This document shows, one piece after another, positions 34,724 to 45,261 of a stretch of 64,000 nt of DNA. The number at the start of each line of letters is the position of its first letter. Position 1 is the first letter of the stretch. This DNA comes from an uncultured Gammaproteobacteria bacterium (lineage in GTDB: Bacteria > Pseudomonadota > Gammaproteobacteria > CAWCPV01). The position numbers and the translations under genes are program-made. The stretch lies in assembly GCA_963797555.1 (NCBI GenBank), contig CAWCPV010000014.1, positions 416,001 through 480,000 on the forward strand, given 5' to 3'. The notes under the pieces were generated by a model. The model was given only the letters and a program-made list of their open reading frames with translations, was not told the DNA's origin and ran no database searches.

Positions 34724-35080
34724 CTTCCCGCAGGCCCAGCTCGAATGATCCTGGCGCCAAGGCGACGGGGCAGAGCGGGGAGCTTATTTAGTGATGCCGT
34801 AGGTGTCGCATGGCGGTTCCCGCCCATGCAGAACCAGGTTCGTCAGCGGCGGACTGACCGCCCCCCTTTGGGGCGTGCCCCGGGGTCCGCTCCTCCAGCG
34901 TCGCGTCCGGCATCTGCACCGAAGCACCCGTTACGGTCTGGTGCATAGGACCTGGCGAGGGGCTTCGGTACCGGCATCGTCGAGCGCATCCGGAAGGCCA
35001 CCCGAAGAGAGCACGAGATCACGCGCAGGCCATTCTCCCGCAGGGCATCGGAGTCAAACAAAAATCTTCACCCCGGGAAG

Positions 35081-36121
35081 TCAGGCGTGCGGAGCGGCAT
35101 CCTCCGGCACGACGTCGACCTGTTTCCGCTCCGCGCCCCTGAGGAGGGTCAGACCGACGGGATTTCCCACCGGCCACTCGGCGAGGAAACGGTGCAGGTC
35201 GTCGACGCTGCCGACCGGCCGGTCGTGGACACCGACGATCAAGTCGCCTGCCCGAAGTCCGGCGCGTACGGCAGGTCCCTTGCCATCGACGGACACGACC
35301 TCCACCGCGTCGTCGGTCGAGAGGCTGTAGAAGCGCACCAGGCGCCGATCGAGACGACGTTGCCGGCCCGCCAGACCCAGATAGCCCCGCTGCACCTTGC
35401 CGCGGGTCAGGATCTGAGTCAGCACCCAGCGCGCGGTGTTGGCGGGGATGGAGAAGCCAATGCCCTGGGCCATCGCGATGATGGCGGTGTTGACGCCGAC
35501 CACGTGTCCCCGGGAATCCACCAGCGGACCTCCCGAGTTACCGGGGTTAAGTGGGGCAGTGTGCTGGATGACGTTCTCGATGAGTCGGCCGTCTTGCCCG
35601 CGCAGCGAGCGGCCGAGGGCGCTGACCACCCCTGTAGAAACGGTCGACTGGAACCCGAGCGGGTTGCCGATGGCGATCACCAGTTGCCCGGCTCTGAGCT
35701 TCCCCGAATCGCCCAGCGCCGCGTAGGACAATCCGGAGGCATGCGCTTGGAGCACCGCGAGATCCGTGGGAACATCCTCCCCCACGAGGGTCGCTTCGGC
35801 GCTGCGCCCATCGGTGAACACGACGGTCAGTGCCTTGGCTCCGTGGGCCACGTGACTGTTGGTGAGCAGATACCCATCGGGCGTCAGGACCACGCCGGAG
35901 CCAGCGCCGTTGCGTTCCCCCCGAACAGATGCATGTCCGACGTTGACGCTAACGACCGCCGCACCGACCGCCTCGACCACGGTGGTAACGGCCCGGGAGT
36001 ACGCATCCAGCAGCGCGACGTTATCCGCTTCGTGGACGCCGACCTCGCAGCGGCCACGGGCGTCCTCCTCGGGGTGTGGGTTGTCGATGAAGCTCAGAGT
36101 CCGATTGGCCGGGGCGTCCAT
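35081..36121 (-). CDS. Trypsin-like serine protease with PDZ domain (HtrA/DegP-like)
   Basis: LTNSHV, TDLAVL, NPGNSGGPL, C-terminal PDZ. Confidence 0.92.
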   Translation of the reverse strand: MDAPANRTLSFIDNPHPEEDARGRCEVGVHEADNVALLDAYSRAVTTVVEAVGAAVVSVNVGHASVRGERNGAGSGVVLTPDGYLLTNSHVAHGAKALTVVFTDGRSAEATLVGEDVPTDLAVLQAHASGLSYAALGDSGKLRAGQLVIAIGNPLGFQSTVSTGVVSALGRSLRGQDGRLIENVIQHTAPLNPGNSGGPLVDSRGHVVGVNTAIIAMAQGIGFSIPANTARWVLTQILTRGKVQRGYLGLAGRQRRLDRRLVRFYSLSTDDAVEVVSVDGKGPAVRAGLRAGDLIVGVHDRPVGSVDDLHRFLAEWPVGNPVGLTLLRGAERKQVDVVPEDAAPHA

Positions 36122-36393
36122 GGGAAAAACCCGTCGATGACCGATGCGCCTTGAAGTGGGGTTCGCGGGAGACGATCTCAATCAGCCCAGGGGCTCGCCT
36201 CCTGAAGGGCGGGCTTGCCAGACTTTGAACCGGATCCACAGAATCTCCCGGGCGGCTCTCGCAGCAGAAGGCGCGGGCCGCGTTATAAAACGCCGCTTGC
36301 AAACTGCCGCCTCACATACCTGCGTGCGAAGGGGATAGGCCCTTCGAGCTATATAGACGCACCGTATGTGTGGGCGATCGAAGTCGCACTGCT

Positions 36394-37431
36394 TCAATCC
36401 CTCCCTGGTCCGGAGCCGTCTGGCCTGATCTTTACGTCGACGGTCATACCGAGGCGCAGCGGTGTCTTTGCCTCGAACGCAATCTTTACCTGAACCACCT
36501 TCAAACCGAGGTTGACTGCGGGATTCCTCGGGCGCACCTTGCGCACCCCCGCATAGTTGGCGATTTCGCGGACGGTCCCCAGGAAAGTCTGGCCGGGGTA
36601 GGCGTTGCACGTCACTTGTGCCGTCTCGCCCTCACGAACTCTTCCGATGTCGGTCTCGTCGACCTCGGCATTGACCCAGACCTTGCCGAGATCGGCTATC
36701 GCAAGAATGGGGATTTCCGGCGTGACGCCCTCGCCCTCGTTTAGGTAGCGTTCGATGACGGTACCCTCGATGGGGGAGCGGATGAGGGTCTTGTCCAGGC
36801 GCGCGCGAGCGTAATCGAGGGTCGCTTCGGCGAGCTGCACTTGGTCGCGGTAGAGCCGCACGGTCTCCGGCTTCGGCCCCTCTTCCAGGAGCCTCTTGCC
36901 TTGCGCAGCCTCGTCGACCGCCGCCTGCGCCGCCTTGAAGGTCGCCTCCGCAGCATCGAGTGTCGCCTGCGAGACCATGCGCCGCTGATGCAGCTCTCGG
37001 TTACGGCGCAGCTCATCGCGAGCTTCTTCCATGCGCGCAGTCGCGCCCTGGAGGCGGGCGCGCGCCTCCAGAATTTCCTCCTTGCGCGCGCCGGATTCCA
37101 GCTCCGTGAGTCGTGCCCGGGCCACCGTCAGCTCCTGTTCAGCCTGCGTCACCAGCGCTTGCAGGTCCTCGTTCGCGAGCGACGCGACGACCTGATCCCT
37201 GCGGACTTGATCGCGCTCCTTGACGAAGATCCTCGCGATCCTGCCATTCAGCTCGCCGGTGCCGACATCCACGTCGTAGCCCGGCATCGCCTCCACCGTG
37301 CCTTCCGCAGCAACGTAGGCGAGACGCAGCGGCGCGCTGTCATCGGGAGCCGGCGACGAGCGGTGGCTCAGCGACTCGAAGACGATCAGCCCCAGCACCG
37401 CGGCTGCGATTCCAATCCAGACCTTCCTCAT
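36394..37431 (-). CDS. HlyD-family membrane fusion/adaptor protein
   Basis: N-terminal TM, coiled coil, IRSPIEGTV, VNAEVDETDIG. Confidence 0.88.
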   Translation of the reverse strand: MRKVWIGIAAAVLGLIVFESLSHRSSPAPDDSAPLRLAYVAAEGTVEAMPGYDVDVGTGELNGRIARIFVKERDQVRRDQVVASLANEDLQALVTQAEQELTVARARLTELESGARKEEILEARARLQGATARMEEARDELRRNRELHQRRMVSQATLDAAEATFKAAQAAVDEAAQGKRLLEEGPKPETVRLYRDQVQLAEATLDYARARLDKTLIRSPIEGTVIERYLNEGEGVTPEIPILAIADLGKVWVNAEVDETDIGRVREGETAQVTCNAYPGQTFLGTVREIANYAGVRKVRPRNPAVNLGLKVVQVKIAFEAKTPLRLGMTVDVKIRPDGSGPGRD

Positions 37432-38114
37432 GCGCGAAGCCTGCCGTCTTCCAGGAGAATCACGCGGTCCGCAAGGTCTTCCGCCTTGGGGTCGTGGCTC
37501 ACGATAGCGACCGCCTTTCCCGTTTCTTCCGCAAGATTGCGAAGCAAGGCGAGGACCTCGTGGCCGGTCCTGGAATCCAGGTTTGCCGTCGGTTCATCGG
37601 CCAGCACGATGGGCGGCTCTCCCGCGAGCGCCCGTGCCAGCGCTGTGCGCTGCTTTTCGCCGCCGCTCAAGTCGCGCGGATATGCGTGCGCCCGGTGCCC
37701 CAGGCCGACGTGCTCCAGCAAGGCCATGGACTGCGCCGCGGCGGCATTCCCGGGTACACCTTTCATACGCAGAACGACCTCTACATTTTCCCGGGCCGTC
37801 AGCGAGCTGAACAGATTGAATGCCTGGAACACGAAGCCAAAATAGCGCCGCCGGACGTTGGGCAGCGCATCCTCGCCCAGATCGCTCACGACCGTTCCGC
37901 CAACGATCACGCGGCCGGCCGTGGGACGCAGGATGCAGCCCATTAGCGAGAGCAGCGTGGTCTTCCCCGAGCCCGATGGCCCCATGATCAGGAGCACCTG
38001 CCCCGGATGCAGCGCCAACGTCGCTCCGTCGAGCGCCACGACGCGGCTGGCCCCTTCACCGTAGACTTTGCTGACCGCTAGCGTTTCCAGAATCGCGGGC
38101 GGCGCGGCATTCAT
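37428..38114 (-). CDS. ABC transporter ATP-binding protein (LolD/DevA-like)
   Basis: GPSGSGKTT, LSGGEKQR, LADEPTANLD, VSHD. Confidence 0.93.
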   Translation of the reverse strand: MNAAPPAILETLAVSKVYGEGASRVVALDGATLALHPGQVLLIMGPSGSGKTTLLSLMGCILRPTAGRVIVGGTVVSDLGEDALPNVRRRYFGFVFQAFNLFSSLTARENVEVVLRMKGVPGNAAAAQSMALLEHVGLGHRAHAYPRDLSGGEKQRTALARALAGEPPIVLADEPTANLDSRTGHEVLALLRNLAEETGKAVAIVSHDPKAEDLADRVILLEDGRLRA

Positions 38115-39270
38115 TCCCGGAACACCATCACCGGGTCCAGGGTCTTGGCCTTGCGCACCGATATCCAGGCGGCGCCCAGGCAGGTGGCGACCACGACGAC
38201 GAACAACGCCGCGAACAAAGGCCACGGTGCCTGCATGGGCACCCCAGCCCCGATGATTGCACCGCGCATGAGGAGGGTCAGGACGACCCCGATGGCGAAT
38301 CCCAGTACCGCGCTGGTGGCAGCCTGGCTGAGGATGATGAGATTGATGTCGCGGTTGCGCGCGCCCATGGCCTTGAGCGTGCCGTAATCGCGCAGGTGCT
38401 CCATGGTGCCGGCATAAATCGTCTGACCGACGATGGCGCCGCCGATGAGCACCGCGAGGATGGCGGTGAGAAAGAATGCCATACCCATGCCGGTCTGCAC
38501 GGTCCAGTACTTTACAGCACGGTTGATGAATTCCTGGCGCGTGTAGACATCGTTGTCGGGTAGTTCGATGCGGAGCGTCCTGACCACTTCCTGCAGGGTG
38601 CCGGGATCTTTGAGCTTGGCGACGATGAAGGACGTTCTCGCCCTCGAAGGCCGTACCCGCGAGGCTTCGCTCGACCTCGTTGTAGGAAGTGAATACCACC
38701 GGGATAGTGGTAAAGCTCACCACACCGTTCGACAAGCCTACCAGTTTGAAGGACTGCTCCTTGAATAGGTTGAGCTCCCACAGGGAGCCGATGGTCAGGT
38801 CGCCGAGGCGTTGCCTGACGCTGGTGTCCATGATCATGTAGCGACCGCCCTTGACCTCCGCGGGCGCGCCCAGCGCCATCGACCAGGGGCCGCCGACCCC
38901 GGTGTCGGGATCGAATCCTATCACCTCGGCCTGTTCACGGCGTCCATCGTGCAATTTGAGAAATCCGAACCACAACGTGGATCTTTTCGGCCCACCGCAC
39001 CTGCTCCAGGGCGCGCACGCGGTCGATGCGGTAGGCGGGGAAGGGCTGAGAGAAATCGAAGTTGGGGACGTTCTTGGACATTATCCAGATGTCGGCATCC
39101 GTGTGGCGCACCACGCCGGTGGCATTGCCCATCATGCCGATATAGATAGCCGCCTCCATCAGGGCCAAGACGGTAGAAAAGACGATGCCGACCAGGGTGA
39201 TGATCAATCTGCCCCGTTCCTGAAACAGCGTCTTGAATGCCAGCCACAGCATCGGTGCGGCGTTCGTCAT
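38111..39270 (-). CDS. ABC transporter permease (FtsX/DevC-like; two apparent frameshifts)
   Basis: RLIITLVGIVFS, ADIWI, YGTLKAMGA, LDPVMVFR; split over three frames. Confidence 0.85.
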
Positions 39271-42200
39271 AGGCTAGCTAGGGGACAGTCGTCTCACAAT
39301 CGACGCTACGCGCGACTAAGGTCGGCTGCGGGGATAACTGTGTCAGCCGTGATGATAATTGTACGACTCACCTGCTCGCGCGAAGCCATGCCCTGGATTC
39401 GGTCCGGAAGTGTCCCAGGCACTCAGTCTGTGATGAGGGCCGGGCCGCGGGCAATGCGGTCAAGACAGCGGTCGTCGACTGCCGGGGGCACGCGACTTGT
39501 TCAATTGAGGACCCTCGCACAGCTCCTCGATCCTGACGCGGGACTTCGGTCCGACCAGCCTCGGGCGGCTAGTCGCCTGCGTGCTCGGCGTGCATGGGAT
39601 GGCCTCTGGCCTGTTGAGGAATCATCAGTCTGCGTGCCGGCCTCAAAGGTCGGTTCACGACCCAAGGGCGATATTCGAGGACTCTGGGACGCCGCGTATT
39701 CCTCAGCCACGCCACCAGGCGGCGCTCAAGCTACGCCACTCGTTCCATAAAGTCCCCCAGAGGACTCCTCAGTGCACTCGCCGCAGCAACGAGCACGCTC
39801 TTCAGGGTGCCGCTCCCGTGCTCGACTGCATCTAGCGTGACGAGCAACGCGGGTACTGATGTGCTCGGAGAGGAAAACTGGAAACGGCCCTGCGCTAGCC
39901 TGCGCCAGGCGTCTGCAAAGCGCCGAGCAACGTGGCGGTTGAAGATCTCTTGACGGCCGAAGCTCGCGTCGCTCACAAGGCCTGAGGCCAGGAAGGCTTG
40001 AAGCTGAAGCGTTGGTGTAGCGGGCAGTGCTCCCAGCAACAGCTTCGCTGCGGCTCCACAGCGCACGGGCGCCGGAGACGCCCTGTCGATGGCGGCTGAT
40101 TGGAGTAGCTCAGCAGGCAGGGAAGCTCCCCTGAGGAACAACCGGATGTTGTTCGTCAGAACAGCGTCTTTACCGAGCAGCCGGTTGCTAGCGTCGAGCC
40201 AGATGTTCAAGTGAGCGAATAAATCTGGGCCAGTGCAAACGATTCCGGCAGTCAGCAAGCCGAACCAGCGTTCGGGGGCAACCGGGAGATTCGGCTCCGG
40301 CCCATCATCTGGCTCCAGCGGGGACCGGGCCCTTGGCTTAACCGACAAGTCAGCCATCGCTGCGTCGAAGGCCAATAGTGCCTCAACGAAATCGGTCCCT
40401 GCGCCACCACCATAAGCGAGAGCGAGTCGTGCCTCCGTCGCGAACCACCGAACGAGGAAGTACCTCGAACGAACCAAGACCTCCAGCTCCTGGGCGAGCC
40501 CAGGCGGGTCCGTCAGGAGCGTCGCGGCGAGTTTCAGAATTCGAGCTCGGGTCATCTCGCTACGCACGGCTTGCCCCGGAACCGGCTCTGAGACTTTCAG
40601 CACCGGCGAGCTGGAGTAGCCTGGCTCGAACTTCGGCTCGGCCTCAGTCGGCTTCCAGAGGTGGTTTTCAATAGTTCTGCAGACCTCAACGCCCGCTCGT
40701 TGCACGGCCTCCCATCGCTCATCACCCTCCGTCGCGGCTTCAGCAGGCAATGACAAGACAGCCTCTGCCAGTAGCCTTGCCGCGGCAGCCTGGTTGCCTC
40801 CGAGCGATATCGCCAGCGCTGCATCCAGCCGAAGCCCGAACTTTGTCAGATCAAAGGAGCCTGGCTGAACCGAGTCGGCGCCAGCGCGGAAAATCTGCTC
40901 TGCTTCGTCCCAACGCTTCAGTCGAGCGGCGCTCATGCCCGCCCATCGATACGCGAACGGATTGAGAAGCGTCTTGCGGACCGGATCGCTGATCAACTGC
41001 CGCCAGATTTCCAGGACACTCTCATCGTCTTGTGTGTGAAAGAGGACATTGGCTCGCTGTTCCATGAGCACGGTGGACGTTCCGAATGACGCCTCGGCCG
41101 AATCGAGCACCGTCAGCGCCTCTTGATCTCGCCCAAGGTATTCGGTCAGGACGATAGCTTTGGCCTTCGCTGCTTCCCGGCCGAATCGAGGCGACGCGCG
41201 TCGCCTGGCATACTCGTCCACGCGTTCAAAGAGCGACAGCCAGGGTCCCCAGTCCCGGGTGCACTCATGCGCGGCCACCCACGCACCCTGCACGAATGCG
41301 CCCAAGGTCTGCACAAGAGGCCATTCCAGCATTGCGTCACACTGCTGCCTAATATCGTCTATCGCCACGTTGTCCAACCACTGCAACAGTTCGTCGAGGC
41401 TCGCCAAGTCGCGAACACTGGGGTTAGCACAGAGAAACATCAGTTGGGCTGTTGTGCCGCTCGCGGGCAATCCTGGTGCTGGATCGCCATTTTTTTCGAA
41501 GAACCGTTCCACGAGATCTGTGTGCATCTCTAAGATCTCTCCCGGCAGCGTGGGGACGCCCGCGATGGCCTCCAGGCGAAATTCGAGCGGCACCTTGGGG
41601 CTCTCCGCAAAGCCAATGGATAACCACATCAGCGCTCGGTTTGCGACCCTGGCGTCTGGATGCGGTATCCGCTCAATGTCGTCTGCCCAACGTGCGCAGA
41701 TTTGAGGCAGGCCGTCTGTGTCCAGCGTCGAGGCCACCCGAAACTGTAAGCTTCGTAGAATTGCCCCGGTCATCGCATCCTCTGCGATGGACTGACCGGG
41801 ATCGAGTGCGATGTACGGGAGCCAGAGAAGTTGCCGTTCGACCTGGCGCCTGGCCTCGTTGCCTTCGATCAGTTGAAGTCGCAGCGCTGTGTGCGCGAGC
41901 CGCCGCGGTTCACCTCCCATGTACGCGTGAAAGAGCAGCGCGGCGGCCTCGGACAGGCCAACGGTGGGCTTGGCCCGGATGGCGTCATGCAGACGAACAT
42001 GCGCCCGCTTGCGCTTTTCCGGCGACCACACCTCGACCGCGGACTCGTTCAACAGCGCTGTAGCCCGATACCGGTCACCGTCGAGCCGCTCAAGCCATTT
42101 GCCCGCGAGGTTGTCCACAACGTCCCCGGCGTTGGTGAGACCATCAACGGTCTCAGCCAATCGAATCGCAACTGATCGGTGCATTGGCACAGAGCATTCG

Positions 42201-42617
42201 GAAGCCAGGTAGACAAACTCAGCCACAGGAGCCGGCACAGATTCGCTGAGTAGCCGTCGAGCCAACCGACGAGCGGAAGTCTCCGCCGACGATGGCGTGA
42301 TCAGGTCAGTTGCACTAGGTCTTGGCCAATCGCGAGCCGCCAGCTCGGCCAACCTAATCTGGACAAGTTTCGGATGGCCTCTCGTCCACGCCGCAACGAG
42401 CGTACCCCAGGACGGAGCGAACTCGATTGGGCAACCGCGCTCAACGCACAAAGCCGCGATCTCGTCGGAGACCAACTCGGGCACATCAAAAACCTCGACA
42501 CTGTTGAAATCCTGCACGACGGCCGAGTCGGTGGAGCCTCCCTGCGCGGTGAACAGGATGCCGCGCCCTGTGGTGCTGGCCCGCAGCAAGACCAGTGCGA
42601 GTGAATCTCGGTAGACC

Positions 42618-44032
42618 CATCCCATTACACACAACTCAAAGGACTTGAGCCTCACGCGCGTAGTGCAGTCCTGCCGCGAAGTCCATGACGCGCGTGAGCC
42701 CTTGCCAGAGGGTTTTCACGCCGGGCTCGCCGTCGCCCTTGCGCCCCAGGAAGCCGCCGAGCCTGGCGATGAGATGCACCACTTGGTTCAGTCGGGGTGG
42801 CGTCTTCGGTGGGCGTTTCTTGTTCAGGAGGAAGGCTGCCTCCCACTCCTCGCGCTCGAACAACCACTCGGCCTCCAAGTCCGGACAGGTGCGCCCCAGG
42901 CGCATCAGCCGGGCGATGCGCCAGGCGACCACCATGAATAGCGCCAGCGCCCGTTCCAGGCGTTCCATGGTGCTGAGCTGCAACGCCTCCACGCGGCAGG
43001 CGTTCTTCAGCACGTGGAAGAAGAGTTCAATCTCCCAGCGGGCGCGATACCAGTCGATGAGCTCGGCCGCCGCCTCCAAGCTGGCGGCCTCACGGTTGGT
43101 GAGCAGGCGCCATTCGACGGGCTTCACGCCTGCTGGCGCGTCCACTTCCCGGGCCACGATGCAGGTGGCCTCCAACCGACCCCCCTTGCCGTCGGAGAGC
43201 TTCACACGCCTCGCCCACACCTGTTGGCAGACTTGCCGCGCTTTTTGTCCGTGGCGCGACGGCATCGTGAAGCGTATCCCGCCCAGGCATTCGCCTCGGG
43301 TCACCTCCTCCCACAGCTTGCCGCCCTCGGGCAGCGCACGGTTGTGCCGGGAGCGGACCAACCAGTCGGCCGGCTGCCCCAGGTCGCGCGCTTTGGCCAT
43401 CAGGGCTACGATGTCAGCCTCCCGGTCGGCTACATACACCAGGCGGGTCTGTGGAAGTTCGGACGCCAGCTCTGCCATGCGCTCATAGCCCTCCACCCAG
43501 CGGGTGCTTTCCAGAACACCTCCCCGAGGGCCTTCGGCGTCCTTCGGCTCGCGTGCCCACATCCACGCATCCAGCACGCCCAAGGGCTCGCGCGCGAGCG
43601 TCACGGCATACGTCGGATGCAGGTACATACCGCGTTGCGCCTCATAGCTCAACGGCCCCAGGCCAGCGATGTCCTGCCCGTTGAAGTCCACCTCCGTGGT
43701 GTCTTGGATGCACAGCACGATTTCGTGCTCCCGCATCCGGGCCGCAGAACACTGCCAGTGCGGCTCCAGGATGTCCCGCCAGTCCATCTCGTCGTGGGCA
43801 AAAAACCGGTAAGCTCCCTGGGTCTCGGCCCAGCCCCCACACGCTCCGGGAATGCTCGCGCTCGGCTTCTCCGCCAGCCGCTCGGCAAGCAACACGGCCC
43901 GCTTGCCCAGCCGCTTGTCGCCCAAATCGATGCCCCTAAATTCCTCCGCCGCCCAGCTCATCCCGACACCCCATCTTGTGACGTTATGTCAGGATGTTAC
44001 ACGATTGTCATCAAGTTGTGTGTAATGGGATG
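42618..44032 (-). mobile_element. IS4-family insertion sequence, 1415 bp
   Basis: Terminal IR CATCCCATTACACACAACT at both ends; 9-bp TSD CGGTAGACC (42609-42617, 44033-44041). Confidence 0.96.
42636..43961 (-). CDS. IS4-family (IS50/Tn5-like) transposase
   Basis: WA.EEF...DLGDKRL, QDTT, ADREAD, WYRARWEIELFFHVLK, ARLGGFLGRKGDGEPG. Confidence 0.96.
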   Translation of the reverse strand: MSWAAEEFRGIDLGDKRLGKRAVLLAERLAEKPSASIPGACGGWAETQGAYRFFAHDEMDWRDILEPHWQCSAARMREHEIVLCIQDTTEVDFNGQDIAGLGPLSYEAQRGMYLHPTYAVTLAREPLGVLDAWMWAREPKDAEGPRGGVLESTRWVEGYERMAELASELPQTRLVYVADREADIVALMAKARDLGQPADWLVRSRHNRALPEGGKLWEEVTRGECLGGIRFTMPSRHGQKARQVCQQVWARRVKLSDGKGGRLEATCIVAREVDAPAGVKPVEWRLLTNREAASLEAAAELIDWYRARWEIELFFHVLKNACRVEALQLSTMERLERALALFMVVAWRIARLMRLGRTCPDLEAEWLFEREEWEAAFLLNKKRPPKTPPRLNQVVHLIARLGGFLGRKGDGEPGVKTLWQGLTRVMDFAAGLHYAREAQVL

Positions 44033-45261
44033 CGGTAGACCCGGTGAGCTGTCGGACTGATGTCCAGGTCATCGATGACGATAAGACTTGGGCAATCCTC
44101 TTTTTCGATTGGGCCGGCCAACGCGAGAAGCACGTTGTCCACTTGGACCACCTCTCGCCCGGTTAGATTGAGCCACCACGCCTCGGGGCACAGCGCCGCA
44201 GCCACAAGCTGAGCAGCCGTGGTCTTGCCCTTGTGAACCGTCCCCGTAACCAAGACGGCTTTGCGATGCTTGACCAACTCCCCCAGACGGTGCGTGAGCG
44301 CTGGTCTGCGCAGGAGCGGCTCTGGCGGACTGGGCGACTTCTCAAGCAAGAGATTGAGCAAGTCCGATCCCGGACGCGCACCGCGAACCAAGTCTGGCAA
44401 CTGGTCGACCGGCACCGGCAGATACGTGGTGGTCGCCGCGTCAACTTGCCGCAGCAAGTCGCCGCGGGTTAGGCACCGCCGGGCAGACGGGGTCTCCAGG
44501 ACCACCTCCGAAAACCGTGCCTCCAGGTACTTCAACACGTTCGGAATGAGGCCCAAAGGGCGACGTAGATCGTGTAGCAGGACCGCGACGCGGTTTTTGA
44601 CGCTTTGCCTGACCACGTCAAGATCGGGCTGATCCGTGAGCCAGTGAAATCGTTGGATGAGACGCTCCTGGAGATGCTCCGGCGCCGCGGAATTCAGGAA
44701 TACCCGCAAAGGGCTGCTGGCTTTCAGTTTCGCCTCGAGATATTTCGCGACCTCGATGGCCAACTCGGGGTTAGTCTGGGCCGCTCGCCAAACCTCGATG
44801 CCCTTGTCCCCGCCGAAGCTGGCGTCGTGCTCCAGGGCAACCGAGCTGGTGGTGAGATAGTGAAACTCGACCCGCCGGTGAACGTCTTGGCAGGACAGGG
44901 TCCAGAAGTTCTCAAGCGCCTGGTGCGCCCTGGCAGCCCCTAAGGAGATCGACCCGGTGTTACGCTTCACCTGCACCGCGATAGCGCCGTCACGCCTGAC
45001 AACATCAAAGTCTTCTGCGCCCTCCAGGTAGATGACTTCGTCTGCATCAGCCAGTCGGAGCCATGCATCAATCGACCACCAGGCTTGATACACGGTCCCG
45101 TGAATAGAAGGGACAGCCTGGCGCCGAGGATCTCCCGGCAGCGGTGGGGGAAGGCCCGTGATGGTTGCAAGCGTCTCGGCCACGCCCGGCGGCAAACCAG
45201 ATGGAAAATCGCGGTCAGGCATATTCTAGTGTGGCCGTCGAAACCCGGGGTGGCCCCTGGA

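Larger units (their letters stand above)
39731..45222 (-). pseudogene. Cap4-like endonuclease-P-loop NTPase-helical repeat protein (Avs/STAND-like), interrupted by IS4
   Basis: N-terminal GTVYQ..., LEGAEDFD, AVQVK; Walker A GTVHKGKT, Walker B LIVIDD; removing the IS and one TSD restores the frame (HRVYR|DSLAL), 1355 aa. Confidence 0.75.

Noticed and set aside
37428-38975. 515-aa permease-ATPase fusion ORF
   Set aside because: Frameshift artefact; the ATPase has its own ATG at 38114 overlapping the permease stop.
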